Below are positions 39,728-50,311 of a DNA stretch of 64,000 bases, one piece after another. Source of the stretch: Promethearchaeota archaeon (lineage in GTDB: Archaea > Asgardarchaeota > Lokiarchaeia > Sigyniarchaeales > SOKP01); contig JAUVXW010000001.1 in assembly GCA_030603385.1 (NCBI GenBank), forward strand, positions 249,785 through 313,784, read 5' to 3'. Each line of letters starts with the position of its first letter. Position 1 is the stretch's first letter. The notes beneath the pieces were generated by a model that saw only the letters and a list, made by a program, of their open reading frames with translations, was not told the DNA's origin and did no database searches. Made by a program: the position numbers and the translations under genes.

Positions 39728-40342
39728 TTATAAACTTTTTAGTTTTATGTGATTAGAGATATGATTTTTCAGTTCAGAATATTCTGTAACAACTGGAAAT
39801 TGTGGAAATTCTTTCTGTACATTTGCAGGGGGTCTAAATAAGATTCCAAAATCGGCTTCTTTTAACATTCTAATGTCATTATAAGAATCACCAACTGCAA
39901 TTACATTGTATTTCAATTTTTTGAGTGCTCTTACAGTTTTCTTTTTCATATCTTTAAGTCTTAAAGAATAATTAATTATCATACCTGTTTTGTCTATTTC
40001 AAGATTATGGCAAAAAATCAAGGGATAATTAAGTTTTTTTGCTAAAGGTTGAATGAACTCTATAAAACTACCAGTTGCAATTATTACTTGGGTATTTGAT
40101 CTAAGCCATTCTAAAAAGTCTAATGCTCCTGGTAAAAGATCAATATCTGCAATTATTTCTTGAATATCTTTCAAAGTGATATTATTATTTCTAAGGATTT
40201 TCAACCTTTGCTTCATAAGTACATCATAATCTGGAATATCTCTAGTAGTTAGTTTGAGTTTATCAATTCCAAAAGCAATAGCAACAGCCTCCCATATCTC
40301 AGGAGTAAGTACACCTTCTAGATCTAAACAAATAAGATACAT
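39728..40342 (-). CDS. thrH: Phosphoserine phosphatase / homoserine phosphotransferase
   Basis: CLDLEGVLTPEIW, TTRDIPDYDVLMKQRL, AVGDSYND, LFRPPANV. Confidence 0.9.
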   Translation of the reverse strand: MYLICLDLEGVLTPEIWEAVAIAFGIDKLKLTTRDIPDYDVLMKQRLKILRNNNITLKDIQEIIADIDLLPGALDFLEWLRSNTQVIIATGSFIEFIQPLAKKLNYPLIFCHNLEIDKTGMIINYSLRLKDMKKKTVRALKKLKYNVIAVGDSYNDIRMLKEADFGILFRPPANVQKEFPQFPVVTEYSELKNHISNHIKLKSL

Positions 40343-40434
40343 TCCATTAGGAATATGGAGGGGATCAATATGAATTTTTTGATTATATGAGAGTTAATTA
40401 TACGTAAAAGAGTGATTTTTCCTTTAAATATAAT

Positions 40435-41727
40435 CTATAATTTTGTAATTTTTGGATCCTTATCTTTATCCCAATTCACAGCAAAAAGAAAGTCTCTACT
40501 TACCTGATTTTTATAAATTATAGGGAATCCACTGATTTCTTCAAATTTAACTGCAAAATCTTCTAAAAATTCGTAATCAGGAAAATAATAGTGCGGTTCT
40601 TTATCACTTTTTAAACGATCTTTTATTGATAAAGCTTTAGCTTGTAATGTAAAACCTTTTATCTCAAAAAAATTCGGATTTGCTTTCTTGATTATATTTG
40701 TATAATTTTCAATGTATGTTTCATCAATATTTAGATTTTTAATAGCCGTTAACCGAATTAATGATCTGCAGGATAATGAATTCAATAGCTCTAAGCTTTC
40801 ATTTAATTTTTTCCAGCCATTTTTAATCATTGGTCGACAAACTTGTTTATATATTTGTTCATTTGGTGCAGGTAGGGTAATATATAGTTGACTCGGTAAA
40901 GGATTCAAATCCTTAATTTTGTCTGGTAGGGTTCCATTTGTGACTATAAATGTTGTCATATTACGATTTTTAAATTCTTGCACAAGTTCAGACATTTTTG
41001 GATACAACAATGGTTCTCCATCAAGAGATATAGCAGCGTGATTTGGTATCATTGCCTCACTATGAGCTTGCATAATCTCATCCGGTGTCGTTAATGCTCG
41101 GTTAATTAAGACTTCTATTTCTTCTCTGGAATCAATACAGCATTGAATATCATCATCCAGTTCAAATCCTGTGAGTCCTTGATTTCTTGGTTTAACGAAA
41201 TTTTGATTTTTTAGAAGATTAATTGCTCGTACAATTTTGGTTTTTGAAACATGAATTTTATTCATTAGAGAATCTAAATTATGTGACCCTTCACCATTCA
41301 ATAACATATAATACAGAATATCAATCATTATTTCATAATTATCGAGATATCGCCTTAGAGGTAAATGATTTTGTATAATATCTTGATGATGGCGAAACAT
41401 TTCACCAACTATATCCTTAGGATCATCGGGTTCAACATTAAACTCACTTCCCAGAGATCCAGTTTCTATATCCCGCCAACAAAATACACATTGGTGATTA
41501 CAAAATGGTAAAGAAGGAGTATTTTGTAAACATCTGTGGCTTTTTATTCCAAAAACATCTTTATAGCAATTTCGGTTATCTCTTCCAGTCATTAATCTCT
41601 GTTCTAACCAATGACAAGGTTTAATGGCGGTATGTTTATTCTTTCCAATGATTCTATAAGTTGTTTTTGTATAGTTCTCGACAAATTCATTAGTAATTCT
41701 GTTATCGACGATGAACCGGTTTTTCAT
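40435..41727 (-). CDS. taw1: 4-demethylwyosine synthase Taw1/TYW1 (radical SAM) with internal insertion
   Basis: HTAIKPCHW, CYK, SHRCLQNTP, CNHQCVFCWR, HAAISLDGEP, FIVTNGT, PSQLYITL, EIKGF. Confidence 0.9.
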   Translation of the reverse strand: MKNRFIVDNRITNEFVENYTKTTYRIIGKNKHTAIKPCHWLEQRLMTGRDNRNCYKDVFGIKSHRCLQNTPSLPFCNHQCVFCWRDIETGSLGSEFNVEPDDPKDIVGEMFRHHQDIIQNHLPLRRYLDNYEIMIDILYYMLLNGEGSHNLDSLMNKIHVSKTKIVRAINLLKNQNFVKPRNQGLTGFELDDDIQCCIDSREEIEVLINRALTTPDEIMQAHSEAMIPNHAAISLDGEPLLYPKMSELVQEFKNRNMTTFIVTNGTLPDKIKDLNPLPSQLYITLPAPNEQIYKQVCRPMIKNGWKKLNESLELLNSLSCRSLIRLTAIKNLNIDETYIENYTNIIKKANPNFFEIKGFTLQAKALSIKDRLKSDKEPHYYFPDYEFLEDFAVKFEEISGFPIIYKNQVSRDFLFAVNWDKDKDPKITKL

Positions 41728-41886
41728 TAAAGAGCCACTTTAAACGTCAAATTCTCAATAGTTTATATAAATAAATGTATTTTATTAAGATATTAAATTA
41801 TATTCTTAAAATTTATAAGTAAATTAATAATTAGTACTAAACTTTTTGAATATAATTAAAACTATGGTTTTGACTAATTAGAATAA

Positions 41887-42783
41887 ATGAAAAAGTGGGC
41901 TTTAATGTTAAATAGAATAAAAAGCGAGGTACTAAATTTAGGATTAAAATTTATAAGCGTGGACGAGAAAATCGTACGTATGTTACTTGAGACTAGTCCT
42001 TCAAATGTAAATGAGATTGTAATTCTCCCTGCTATCAAAATTGTGATGAAAAAAATCTTACAAAAATTACAAAATAAGCGAAACCATGGAAGAGTTTATA
42101 ACGGAGAAATAAATAATGTTAGAGTTAGTGTTATTCGCTCTTTAATGGGGGCTCCTAACTGTGCGATAACAGTTGAATGTTTGAGGAGATGTAAGACAAA
42201 ACTAATAATAAGGGTAGATACATGTGGAGGAATTGAAACGTCCAATATGAAAGTTGATATTGGTAATATCATAATACCAAAGTTGGCATTTTGCGATGAG
42301 GGTACAAGCCCCCAATACATAAGAGAAAATCCGTCATTAGCAAATGATTTAGATGCTATATCGAATCCATTTACGAAATTTCAAAATCTACTAACTGGGA
42401 ATCAAACAATATTTATTTCACGTCCAAATATAAATTTAAATGAGGTATTATTAAATTCAGGAAATGCTCTTTTCACAAATAAAACAATATCAGGGTATTT
42501 ATGGACTACTGATGCCCTTTTCTGTGAAAGCTTGGATTTTGTTAGGGCATTGCAATCAATCAACATTCAAGGTATTGATATGGAATCTTCAATTTTATTC
42601 TTATTAGGTAAACTATATAATTTGAAAACCGCTTCTATCCTTTCTGTAACAGATCTACCTGGACATTTAAAATATGATTTACTTCATTCCAAAGAAATCC
42701 ATCCAGATATGGAAAATGGAATTAATAACTCACTTAAACTTCTTTTCAATTCACTACCAAAAATCAAATCGGATATATTATAA
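41887..42783 (+). CDS. Nucleoside phosphorylase (PNP/UDP family) -like protein
   Basis: MGAPNCAI, IIRVDTCGG, DEGTS, WTTDALF, IDMESS, ILSVTD. Confidence 0.75.
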   Translation: MKKWALMLNRIKSEVLNLGLKFISVDEKIVRMLLETSPSNVNEIVILPAIKIVMKKILQKLQNKRNHGRVYNGEINNVRVSVIRSLMGAPNCAITVECLRRCKTKLIIRVDTCGGIETSNMKVDIGNIIIPKLAFCDEGTSPQYIRENPSLANDLDAISNPFTKFQNLLTGNQTIFISRPNINLNEVLLNSGNALFTNKTISGYLWTTDALFCESLDFVRALQSINIQGIDMESSILFLLGKLYNLKTASILSVTDLPGHLKYDLLHSKEIHPDMENGINNSLKLLFNSLPKIKSDIL

Positions 42784-43010
42784 AATTAATCGATTTTAGA
42801 CACTTATGAATTTTAACAATAGTTTTTATTAATAATTTGTATTCAGTTAAATTAGATTTAGAAGCTGTAAAGATTATTATTTCATTGTTAAAAACCAGAT
42901 GTTAAATTAATAAAAAATTCTGTTGTCTAAAGTTAAACTTTATATTCATTCTTGTAATTATATTATAATCATATATAACAATAGTATTATACAATTTTGG
43001 CGAGACAAGT

Positions 43011-43706
43011 ATGGAGGATATAAGAGATAAATTAAAAGAAAACCGACTTAGGGTCATTCATCTTTTAGCTTTTATTTTTAGCTTGACAGGGGCGATACTT
43101 TTATTTACGACTGATTTTCTAGAATGGTATAATTACCCTGGTGTTTATGGTTGGATAAATATTGATTCAGACGTTTATGGTCCAATAATAACTATGGCCG
43201 CACTCTTTTTACTTATTTGTACGTTCATTAGTATTGTTGGAATTTACAATCCCCTATTCGTTAAAAAAGCAACTCTTCTCCTTGCCGACCTTTTTTCTAT
43301 TATTGTATTTCTCATGTCATTAATGGGTATTATAATTGCTGCTGGCGATTTAGATGTATATACTTCCTGGAATCCCGATGCAGGTTTTTATGGAGCGATT
43401 ATAGGGAGTTTACTTACTATGATCTTATTTGGTGTGGCCTTTTCGATTACGAAACAGGGAAGTATTCAAGAATCTAAAGTTTCTAGACGTATAACTCCAG
43501 TAAGAACAGTTCAAAAGGTGAGTTATTGTCCTAAATGTGGTAAAGAAGGATCTGGAGAATTTTGTGCCTATTGTGGAACTGAAATGAGAAAAGTTCAAGA
43601 ATACAAGCTCCCAGAAAGTGCGGTTCCGAAAGTGGAACACTGTCCTAAATGTGGTAAAGAAGTATCTGGAGGATTTTGTACTTATTGCGGAACAAAACTG
43701 AGATAA
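43011..43706 (+). CDS. Four-TM membrane protein with two tandem double-zinc-ribbon modules
   Basis: Hydrophobic N-terminus; CPKCG..FCAYCG and CPKCG..FCTYCG. Confidence 0.75.
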   Translation: MEDIRDKLKENRLRVIHLLAFIFSLTGAILLFTTDFLEWYNYPGVYGWINIDSDVYGPIITMAALFLLICTFISIVGIYNPLFVKKATLLLADLFSIIVFLMSLMGIIIAAGDLDVYTSWNPDAGFYGAIIGSLLTMILFGVAFSITKQGSIQESKVSRRITPVRTVQKVSYCPKCGKEGSGEFCAYCGTEMRKVQEYKLPESAVPKVEHCPKCGKEVSGGFCTYCGTKLR

Positions 43707-43803
43707 AATGACTCTATGAATGTATTATCTTAATTCTTTCTTTAATTTTTATTAGAATAAATTTATTTACAAAAAAGTAAGTATGCATATCATACATCAA
43801 TGA

Positions 43804-44697
43804 CTAAAGTCCTCGTAGAAGTCTACTAAAATCTGGTTCTTTAAAAAATTCATTATATTTCTTTAATAATTCTATATTTACGAGAAAAATCTTTTTACCA
43901 GATTGACTTTTAGTAGATTTTACTAGATTTAGATCTTTTAATTTGTTTATATGGTATAATATGGTTCCTGAATAGATATCTAGATTTTCTCCTATTTTTG
44001 AAACTTTTACTGATTCATCCTTGAAGATTTCTTCTAATATTTTAGGGTTCAAGGGATTTAAAAAGATTATTTTAAACTTGTCGTAATCTTCTGGTACATC
44101 AGATAAAAAGTAATGAAGAGATTTTCCAATTTTCTTAGACCTTATAAGGTTGAATCTTTCAAGAGTCATTACGTGTTTAAGAAAAGGGGTTCTGGTGATG
44201 TTTAATTCTTTTTCAATTTTATCATCTCTAGCGTGGATTCCCGGATTAATTTTAATGAAGTTTAATATTTTTTCGAGTTTTTCATTAGTAAGTATCTCTA
44301 GTTTTGTACGTCTCTCGTTAGTTACAATCCAAGTCTTTTCTTCTAAGGTCCTTATAGTAAGAAAAATTTCCTCCTTACTATAACCTTTTCTATAAGATAA
44401 TTTTGCTATACATTTTGCATATAGTTTTTCTATAATCGGATATTTTTGTATCTGACTCTCAGATTCAATCTCAAATTCAGCATCATACCGCTTTAATTTT
44501 AGGATATTTTTTGCTATATCTAAAACATCTTTTTCTATTTCTGTTAATTCATCAATTATAGCGTCTTCCTTGAGTTTTTCTTTTTCTTTGTCCTCTCCTT
44601 CCTGTAAAGGTTTAAAATCTAAACGCCTAAATGAACTATCCTCTAAGAATTCTTTTTCCTTTGGTTTTTTAATTTCTCTTCTTCTTTCCAGTGACAT
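43804..44697 (-). CDS. Winged-helix DNA-binding protein (tandem HTH)
   Basis: ILNFIKINPGIH...HVMTLERFNLI and KIGENLDIYSGTILYHINKLKDLNLV. Confidence 0.7.
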   Translation of the reverse strand: MSLERRREIKKPKEKEFLEDSSFRRLDFKPLQEGEDKEKEKLKEDAIIDELTEIEKDVLDIAKNILKLKRYDAEFEIESESQIQKYPIIEKLYAKCIAKLSYRKGYSKEEIFLTIRTLEEKTWIVTNERRTKLEILTNEKLEKILNFIKINPGIHARDDKIEKELNITRTPFLKHVMTLERFNLIRSKKIGKSLHYFLSDVPEDYDKFKIIFLNPLNPKILEEIFKDESVKVSKIGENLDIYSGTILYHINKLKDLNLVKSTKSQSGKKIFLVNIELLKKYNEFFKEPDFSRLLRGL

Positions 44698-44699
44698 TT

Positions 44700-46283
44700 T
44701 TAGCCGTTTTCCTCTAAGAATTGGACAAATTTAATTTGTTCTTGAGCATCCATGTATTTTAATTGATCAATAAGGTTATTAATATACTGTGGTTTGACAT
44801 TGGGGAGTTTTCGAATTCTTTCAATTAATTTTTTAGGAATCTCTTTATATAAATCAACTAAAGCTTCGATATATTTAACTTGTTCTTCTTTAGTTAAGAA
44901 TGCAAGCTCCTCCAATAACTCCCTCTTTTCTTTTTTGGAGATTTTTAAATTAGAAATCTGTTGTCTTAAATCTTTAGATAACACAGCAAATATTTTTGAA
45001 AAATATTCTTTCACTAGTTTTTTATCCTTTTTATTTTTTACAGGCAGAAGAGATTCATGAAGTCTTAATTCAATTTCCTCTTCTTTTCTTTCCTTTTCCG
45101 CCTTAATTAGTATATCTTCTAATTCTCCAACTTTACCTAACTCTTCTTCAATTTTTACTCTTCGGTCAGTTATTATGTCTTTTTCTTTTGCCATGGTTGT
45201 TAATGGAGTTGGTTTAATGATAGGTTCTTTTTGTTCTTCTTTTCTAACTCCAATATCTGGTTTTATTTGGGGCTTAGTCATCCTATAAGCTCCAGGAGTG
45301 TAAACAGGTTTTGCTTCTGTGGGGGGAATTTGAAGTTTATCTAAAGGGGTACCAACAAAAAGGAAAAATATCAGAACTCCTTTTAACAGAATAAAAATTC
45401 CTGAAGCAAAAAAAACAGTCCCCATTACTCCTATTATAATTAATTTAATTGAATCTCCTAGTTCGAACTTTTCCTTTACTTTAATATCTGATTTTAAGCT
45501 TCTATCTAGGATTAACGCCCCAAATGCGAGGAGTAGTAAACCAAAATAGACTACCATGATTATGGGTATTTCAATGGAATAAGGAAATGTAATCATTTCA
45601 GAATCATTTGTTGGAAGATAAATCTTATCTGAATATGCTCTGTAAATTCCCAAAAGGACGATAAAAAACCCTGCTTTGGTAGAAAGATGATTAAGCGAAT
45701 TTTTAGCAAATAAACCATAATCATAAGCATTAAGATCTTTATTCTGTCGATCAGTGACAACATAAATAAAGATAAAAACACCTCTAATGAGGATAATTAC
45801 TCCTGTTCCAAATAGAATGCAACCTAAAATTCCCCAACAAAAGGAATCAAGAAAAATCTCATTATATTTTTTTTCCTTTACTTTTGGTGCAATATATAAT
45901 CGATCATATAATAATAGAAATAAACCAATAAGTCCTAGAGATAAATTATTAAAAAGAATAGAACTCCAATTATCCCAATTAACTGCAATTTCGGCAATCA
46001 TGCCAAAAGAGATAAATGTGAAAATAAATATTGGAAGGAATGATATTTTGTTTAAAAATTGAATAAATTTGTCCAAATTCGAAGATTCTTTCTCAGATAA
46101 AACAACGGAAGGAGTAAATTTTCTAGTAACCGGTGTTTGAGCCGATTTAAATTTTACACCTTCCAAGACAAAAGGAGAACCACACTTTTCGCAATAAACT
46201 TGAATATATTGGTTAATTAAATTAGAAAGTTCAATTGGAAATGCATAACCACACTCTCGGCAAATGAAAATCTTTTTTGACAT
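44700..46283 (-). CDS. Hypothetical membrane protein with N-terminal zinc finger and helical C-terminal domain
   Basis: CRECG..CEKCG, a repeated TM pair (ILFGTGVIILIRG / VFFASGIFILLKG), charged tail. Confidence 0.65.
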   Translation of the reverse strand: MSKKIFICRECGYAFPIELSNLINQYIQVYCEKCGSPFVLEGVKFKSAQTPVTRKFTPSVVLSEKESSNLDKFIQFLNKISFLPIFIFTFISFGMIAEIAVNWDNWSSILFNNLSLGLIGLFLLLYDRLYIAPKVKEKKYNEIFLDSFCWGILGCILFGTGVIILIRGVFIFIYVVTDRQNKDLNAYDYGLFAKNSLNHLSTKAGFFIVLLGIYRAYSDKIYLPTNDSEMITFPYSIEIPIIMVVYFGLLLLAFGALILDRSLKSDIKVKEKFELGDSIKLIIIGVMGTVFFASGIFILLKGVLIFFLFVGTPLDKLQIPPTEAKPVYTPGAYRMTKPQIKPDIGVRKEEQKEPIIKPTPLTTMAKEKDIITDRRVKIEEELGKVGELEDILIKAEKERKEEEIELRLHESLLPVKNKKDKKLVKEYFSKIFAVLSKDLRQQISNLKISKKEKRELLEELAFLTKEEQVKYIEALVDLYKEIPKKLIERIRKLPNVKPQYINNLIDQLKYMDAQEQIKFVQFLEENG

Positions 46284-46360
46284 ACTTTTTAACTACACCT
46301 TAATAATTATGTTTTTGTTTAATTACTTTAATTTTTTTTGAATAGGAAAATGTTAAAATA

Positions 46361-46915
46361 TTAATGAGTTAGAGTTGAAAGTTTTTGAAATTCACTTAGA
46401 TTAAATTCTTTTCCACATTTAACACAAAAAACACTTCCATTTGAAAGTATTTTCTCCATCATTTTTTCTGAAAATCTTTTTCCACATTCATTACAGAATA
46501 GTATATTAGTATTAATTCCGTTGAATTGAATACCAATATGAACATTGTTATTTTCTGTTTGTTTCTTAGGTTTGGGTTCTCCTGAAACTAAATAATAAAA
46601 ACCTTCACATAATTTAAATACCCCCAGACCGATACCCTTAAGGAGATAATAAATCCCCTTAAGGGTGTAGAATATTAAGTATGCAATTCCTTTTATAACA
46701 TAATATATAAGTGTGACTGCTAAAGCCAACAGTGCGATAATCCCTATAATTGCTAATATCTGCCCATAAATCGGTTGAACTAAATACCATTCAATAAATT
46801 CATTATAAATACCATTCAATAAATTCATTATATCCATTTTTTTATACACTTTAAATTTTATTTTACTCTTAAATTTTAGACATTTATCATTGATTTTAAA
46901 AAAATAGGAGTCCAA
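46361..46915 (-). CDS. Hypothetical membrane protein with C-terminal zinc finger
   Basis: TM helix; CNECG..CVKCG. The true start is probably the later Met (MDIMN). Confidence 0.6.
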   Translation of the reverse strand: MDSYFFKINDKCLKFKSKIKFKVYKKMDIMNLLNGIYNEFIEWYLVQPIYGQILAIIGIIALLALAVTLIYYVIKGIAYLIFYTLKGIYYLLKGIGLGVFKLCEGFYYLVSGEPKPKKQTENNNVHIGIQFNGINTNILFCNECGKRFSEKMMEKILSNGSVFCVKCGKEFNLSEFQKLSTLTH

Positions 46916-46966
46916 TGTTTAAAAAAAACTTTTTTCTGAATTTAATCGTCGAAGTTTTCTTAAATT

Positions 46967-47473
46967 CTAAGAATTCAAAATCAGATTATGCCAATTTATT
47001 GCTTTAACCGTTTGATGAAGCATATGATCATCATCTACAATATTATATTCTAAATTAGTAAAAAAATATCGTGCTCTTTCTCGTGCTGGTTTATAGGGAA
47101 CAGTAGTATCATTTTTTCCATGATAAACTATTACAGGGACATCCACAGCTTTATAAAAAGAAGGTTTTAGCTTACGTGAGACCAAAAAAGGGGCTAACAA
47201 AATTAATTTACTAACTTTATATGGCTTACTTAGAGCGATTAGGCTTGCCATCAATCCTCCAAAACTGGAGCCTATGATGATCCAGAATTTTTTTGAATTA
47301 AGAATAGCGTTCAATTCAGCCATTCTATATTCTAACAATTCATACATTGGAATGTTTTCATCGGATTTCTTAAAATCAGGCGTGAGAATATCGGGAAACA
47401 CGCTTTTTAGGAATCTCCCTTTAAATCCTTGGCCTGAACTTTCAAGACCGTGTACAAAAATAATATTTTGCAT
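46967..47473 (-). CDS. YqiA-like small alpha/beta hydrolase
   Basis: FVHGLES, GSSFGG, HGKND, DDDH. Confidence 0.85.
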   Translation of the reverse strand: MQNIIFVHGLESSGQGFKGRFLKSVFPDILTPDFKKSDENIPMYELLEYRMAELNAILNSKKFWIIIGSSFGGLMASLIALSKPYKVSKLILLAPFLVSRKLKPSFYKAVDVPVIVYHGKNDTTVPYKPARERARYFFTNLEYNIVDDDHMLHQTVKAINWHNLILNS

Positions 47474-47515
47474 GAAATATGACTTTTAAGGAATCTTTTA
47501 TGATTTAATTTTCAA

Positions 47516-48577
47516 TTATTCTACTTCATCCTTCGAAAGATAACTATAATCTTCCTCTCTTAACAGTTTCATTTCTTTCTTATGTCCATAATAAATCAAG
47601 ATACCAAACACACTAAAATATATAATGAGAATCAACACTGTAAAGAAATAGTAATTATATGTAAAAGACATAAAATGAAGAGCACTCCCTAAAATGAATC
47701 CTGTAAATAACCTTGATTCAGTACTACTCTTCCTTAACAATAGTCTTTGAGTGCCCCAATCAACAATACACGGGATCGGTAAAATTATTATCAAAATTAA
47801 GGCAATCTCACCGCTAAACTCTACTTGGAAAATCCTTTCTAGTAAGTAAGTTAGAAATAATGAGGATAATCCTCCTAGAATCACTCCTGAACATCTCGAA
47901 CAAAAATATACTTTTGTCCTCCCAAACTTTAGGTAAAACGTATGGTCGGACGCGGAAATTGGATGATGCGTCAAAAACATGTAATACAAATGCTTTTCAT
48001 CAGTAGCAAAAATTTTATCATATAAAACTAATAATATTGGAACTACGAAGACTATTGACATTAGTGCTTGGAAAAAGAATTTAAAACCATAATTGAGTAT
48101 TACAGTCTCAGTGGTAAATTGACCCGGATAAAAAAATATCTGAAATATAATTATGATTCCTGTTATGATAAAAGAATTTATTACTAAAACTAGAAATGTA
48201 TTATAAACTTTTATTCCCTCATGATATTTCAATGGTTTATATTTATAGAGCCCAACCAAGAATCCTAAAATAGCTACAATCAGGCACCACTCAAAATAAA
48301 TCTCATGATAATACGTAATCTGATAAAGTAGTTCAGCTATGAATCCATCTACTAGACCGTGTATAGATCCTGCCAAAACAGAAAGAAAAGTAAATATTAA
48401 TAATGTAATACCAAATCGTATAGTAAATTCTTGATTTTCTACAAAATTAGTTGATATTGATTCAAATGCTTCTGCTATATAGATATATGAAATGATAATA
48501 AATGTACTGATTAATAAGTTTAAAAAAATTAAACGGAAATAGTTCTTTCCCTCTTCTTCTTGAGGAATTTCATTCAA
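47516..48577 (-). CDS. Membrane protein: ECF S-component-like N-half fused to a DUF2085-like C-half
   Basis: Multi-TM; HH...DHT...FCSRCSG and DWGTQ...R..TG motifs typical of DUF2085. Confidence 0.6.
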   Translation of the reverse strand: MNEIPQEEEGKNYFRLIFLNLLISTFIIISYIYIAEAFESISTNFVENQEFTIRFGITLLIFTFLSVLAGSIHGLVDGFIAELLYQITYYHEIYFEWCLIVAILGFLVGLYKYKPLKYHEGIKVYNTFLVLVINSFIITGIIIIFQIFFYPGQFTTETVILNYGFKFFFQALMSIVFVVPILLVLYDKIFATDEKHLYYMFLTHHPISASDHTFYLKFGRTKVYFCSRCSGVILGGLSSLFLTYLLERIFQVEFSGEIALILIIILPIPCIVDWGTQRLLLRKSSTESRLFTGFILGSALHFMSFTYNYYFFTVLILIIYFSVFGILIYYGHKKEMKLLREEDYSYLSKDEVE

Positions 48578-48626
48578 TATAATTAATAACTCTCTTTTTA
48601 TTTTAAACCATTAACTTAATATAGTT

Positions 48627-49286
48627 TTAATTAAAAATCTCATCAAGTTCTTCAATTAGTTGTGTTTTGGTTAACTCAAAACCCTTTCTGAGGACAGTTA
48701 AAATGATTTCCTTCCCTACCGGCACTTTCAATATAGATGAATCACTCTCCACAATTGATATTCCTTGTTCATTATAATCCAATTGACGTATTAGAGCTTG
48801 ATACGCTCTTTCTTTTGTTTTAAAAGTTGCTCTTGATAATTCACTATAATCTTTAATATTCTCATCAACCTTCAAAAATAAAACACTCTCTTCAACCTGA
48901 GTTATAAAGCAATTTTTTGTTACTTCTTTTAATTTTTTATAGTTACGGTGATCCTTCTTACATTGTCTATCTGTTTGATCATTCTCTAAATATATTGGAA
49001 ATTTTCTATTAATAATCCTATCAAAATGTTCTTTTGAGCCATCTCCATTTGTAATTAAATCTTTAGCACTACCAAGTGTAACTCTTATTTGTTCTAATGT
49101 TCCTACTTTAGCATCTTTATCGCTCCAATATTTGTAAAAAGATTTAACGATAGGCTTCACCAAAACATTCAAGACCCCTGTATCCAACTCTGAATCAATT
49201 AAGCCCTTCCCAAAATTAAGAGAAATATCCATTTGTTCAATCATTCTTTTTTCTAAGATTCTATAGTTTCTCTCGATAACATCCAT
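48627..49286 (-). CDS. Hypothetical helical protein, paralog A
   Basis: Clearly similar to 49344-50006 (ERNY, ELDTG.LN, ILK.PVG). Confidence 0.7.
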   Translation of the reverse strand: MDVIERNYRILEKRMIEQMDISLNFGKGLIDSELDTGVLNVLVKPIVKSFYKYWSDKDAKVGTLEQIRVTLGSAKDLITNGDGSKEHFDRIINRKFPIYLENDQTDRQCKKDHRNYKKLKEVTKNCFITQVEESVLFLKVDENIKDYSELSRATFKTKERAYQALIRQLDYNEQGISIVESDSSILKVPVGKEIILTVLRKGFELTKTQLIEELDEIFN

Positions 49287-49343
49287 GTTATTATCTCCAA
49301 TAATATATGTACGAATAAATTTTAGAGTCTTTTATCGGTTAAA

Positions 49344-50006
49344 TTATTTTTGATTATATGTTTCATTTAACGATTTTATAAACTCTACTTTGGTACGCTC
49401 AAAGCCTCTCCTTAATGTTTTCACAATTATCTTTCGTCCTACAGGTATTTTAAGGATGGAGGGGTCCTCCTCTATTATTGTTATACCTCTTTCTGTAAAT
49501 TCCAATTGTTTCATTAAATTTTGTTCAGCGATCTCTTTTGTGCTAAATGCAATACGACATAAATCACCGTAATCTTCTACATCCTCCTTTACGTCTAAAA
49601 ATTTCACTACTTCTTTCAGATAATTTATAAACGTTTCTCTCGCTACCTGTATTAACCTTTCATAATTCTTATGCGAGTGTGAACAGTTGCGTGATGCTTG
49701 ATCGGCATCAAGATACTTTGGAAAATTTTCCTCAACAATCCTGTTAAAATTATGATCATCATTACCATTCATTAATAATTCTTTGCCGGATTCTAAACTA
49801 ACTTGAATTTGTTTTAGCGTCCCTTCTTTTACATCCTTCTTTGACCAATAATCATAGAAGGTTTTAATAATGGGCTTAATTATAAAGTTCAAAATTCCTG
49901 TATCCAATTCAGTATCAATAAGATTTCTTCCTAAAACAATTGAATTTTCCATCTGCTGAATCATTCGTTGTTTAACAATATCATAATTTCTTTCGAAGTA
50001 ATTCAA
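49344..50006 (-). CDS. Hypothetical helical protein, paralog B
   Basis: Tandem paralog of 48627-49286. Confidence 0.7.
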   Translation of the reverse strand: MNYFERNYDIVKQRMIQQMENSIVLGRNLIDTELDTGILNFIIKPIIKTFYDYWSKKDVKEGTLKQIQVSLESGKELLMNGNDDHNFNRIVEENFPKYLDADQASRNCSHSHKNYERLIQVARETFINYLKEVVKFLDVKEDVEDYGDLCRIAFSTKEIAEQNLMKQLEFTERGITIIEEDPSILKIPVGRKIIVKTLRRGFERTKVEFIKSLNETYNQK

Positions 50007-50311
50007 TGTTTAATCTCCACTTAGTTCAAAACAAAAATATAAATTCTCAAACTCAGTTAATTATTATTTAAAGAATTCTATTCTTTTAAAATAATTTCAT
50101 AAGTTTTATACTATTAATTTTATATGATTAACTCTTAATGGATTTTGGGATAAATCATAAAATAAAAAAGAGAAAAAATTAATAAAAAAATAGAAATTGA
50201 TAAAAAAATATTTGAATATTTAGTTATATTAATTATTGAAAACAAATTTAGAGAATTAAAAAAGTCTCTGTAAATTGACCGAGATTTAAGAAGGCGGAGG
50301 AATACAACTTA

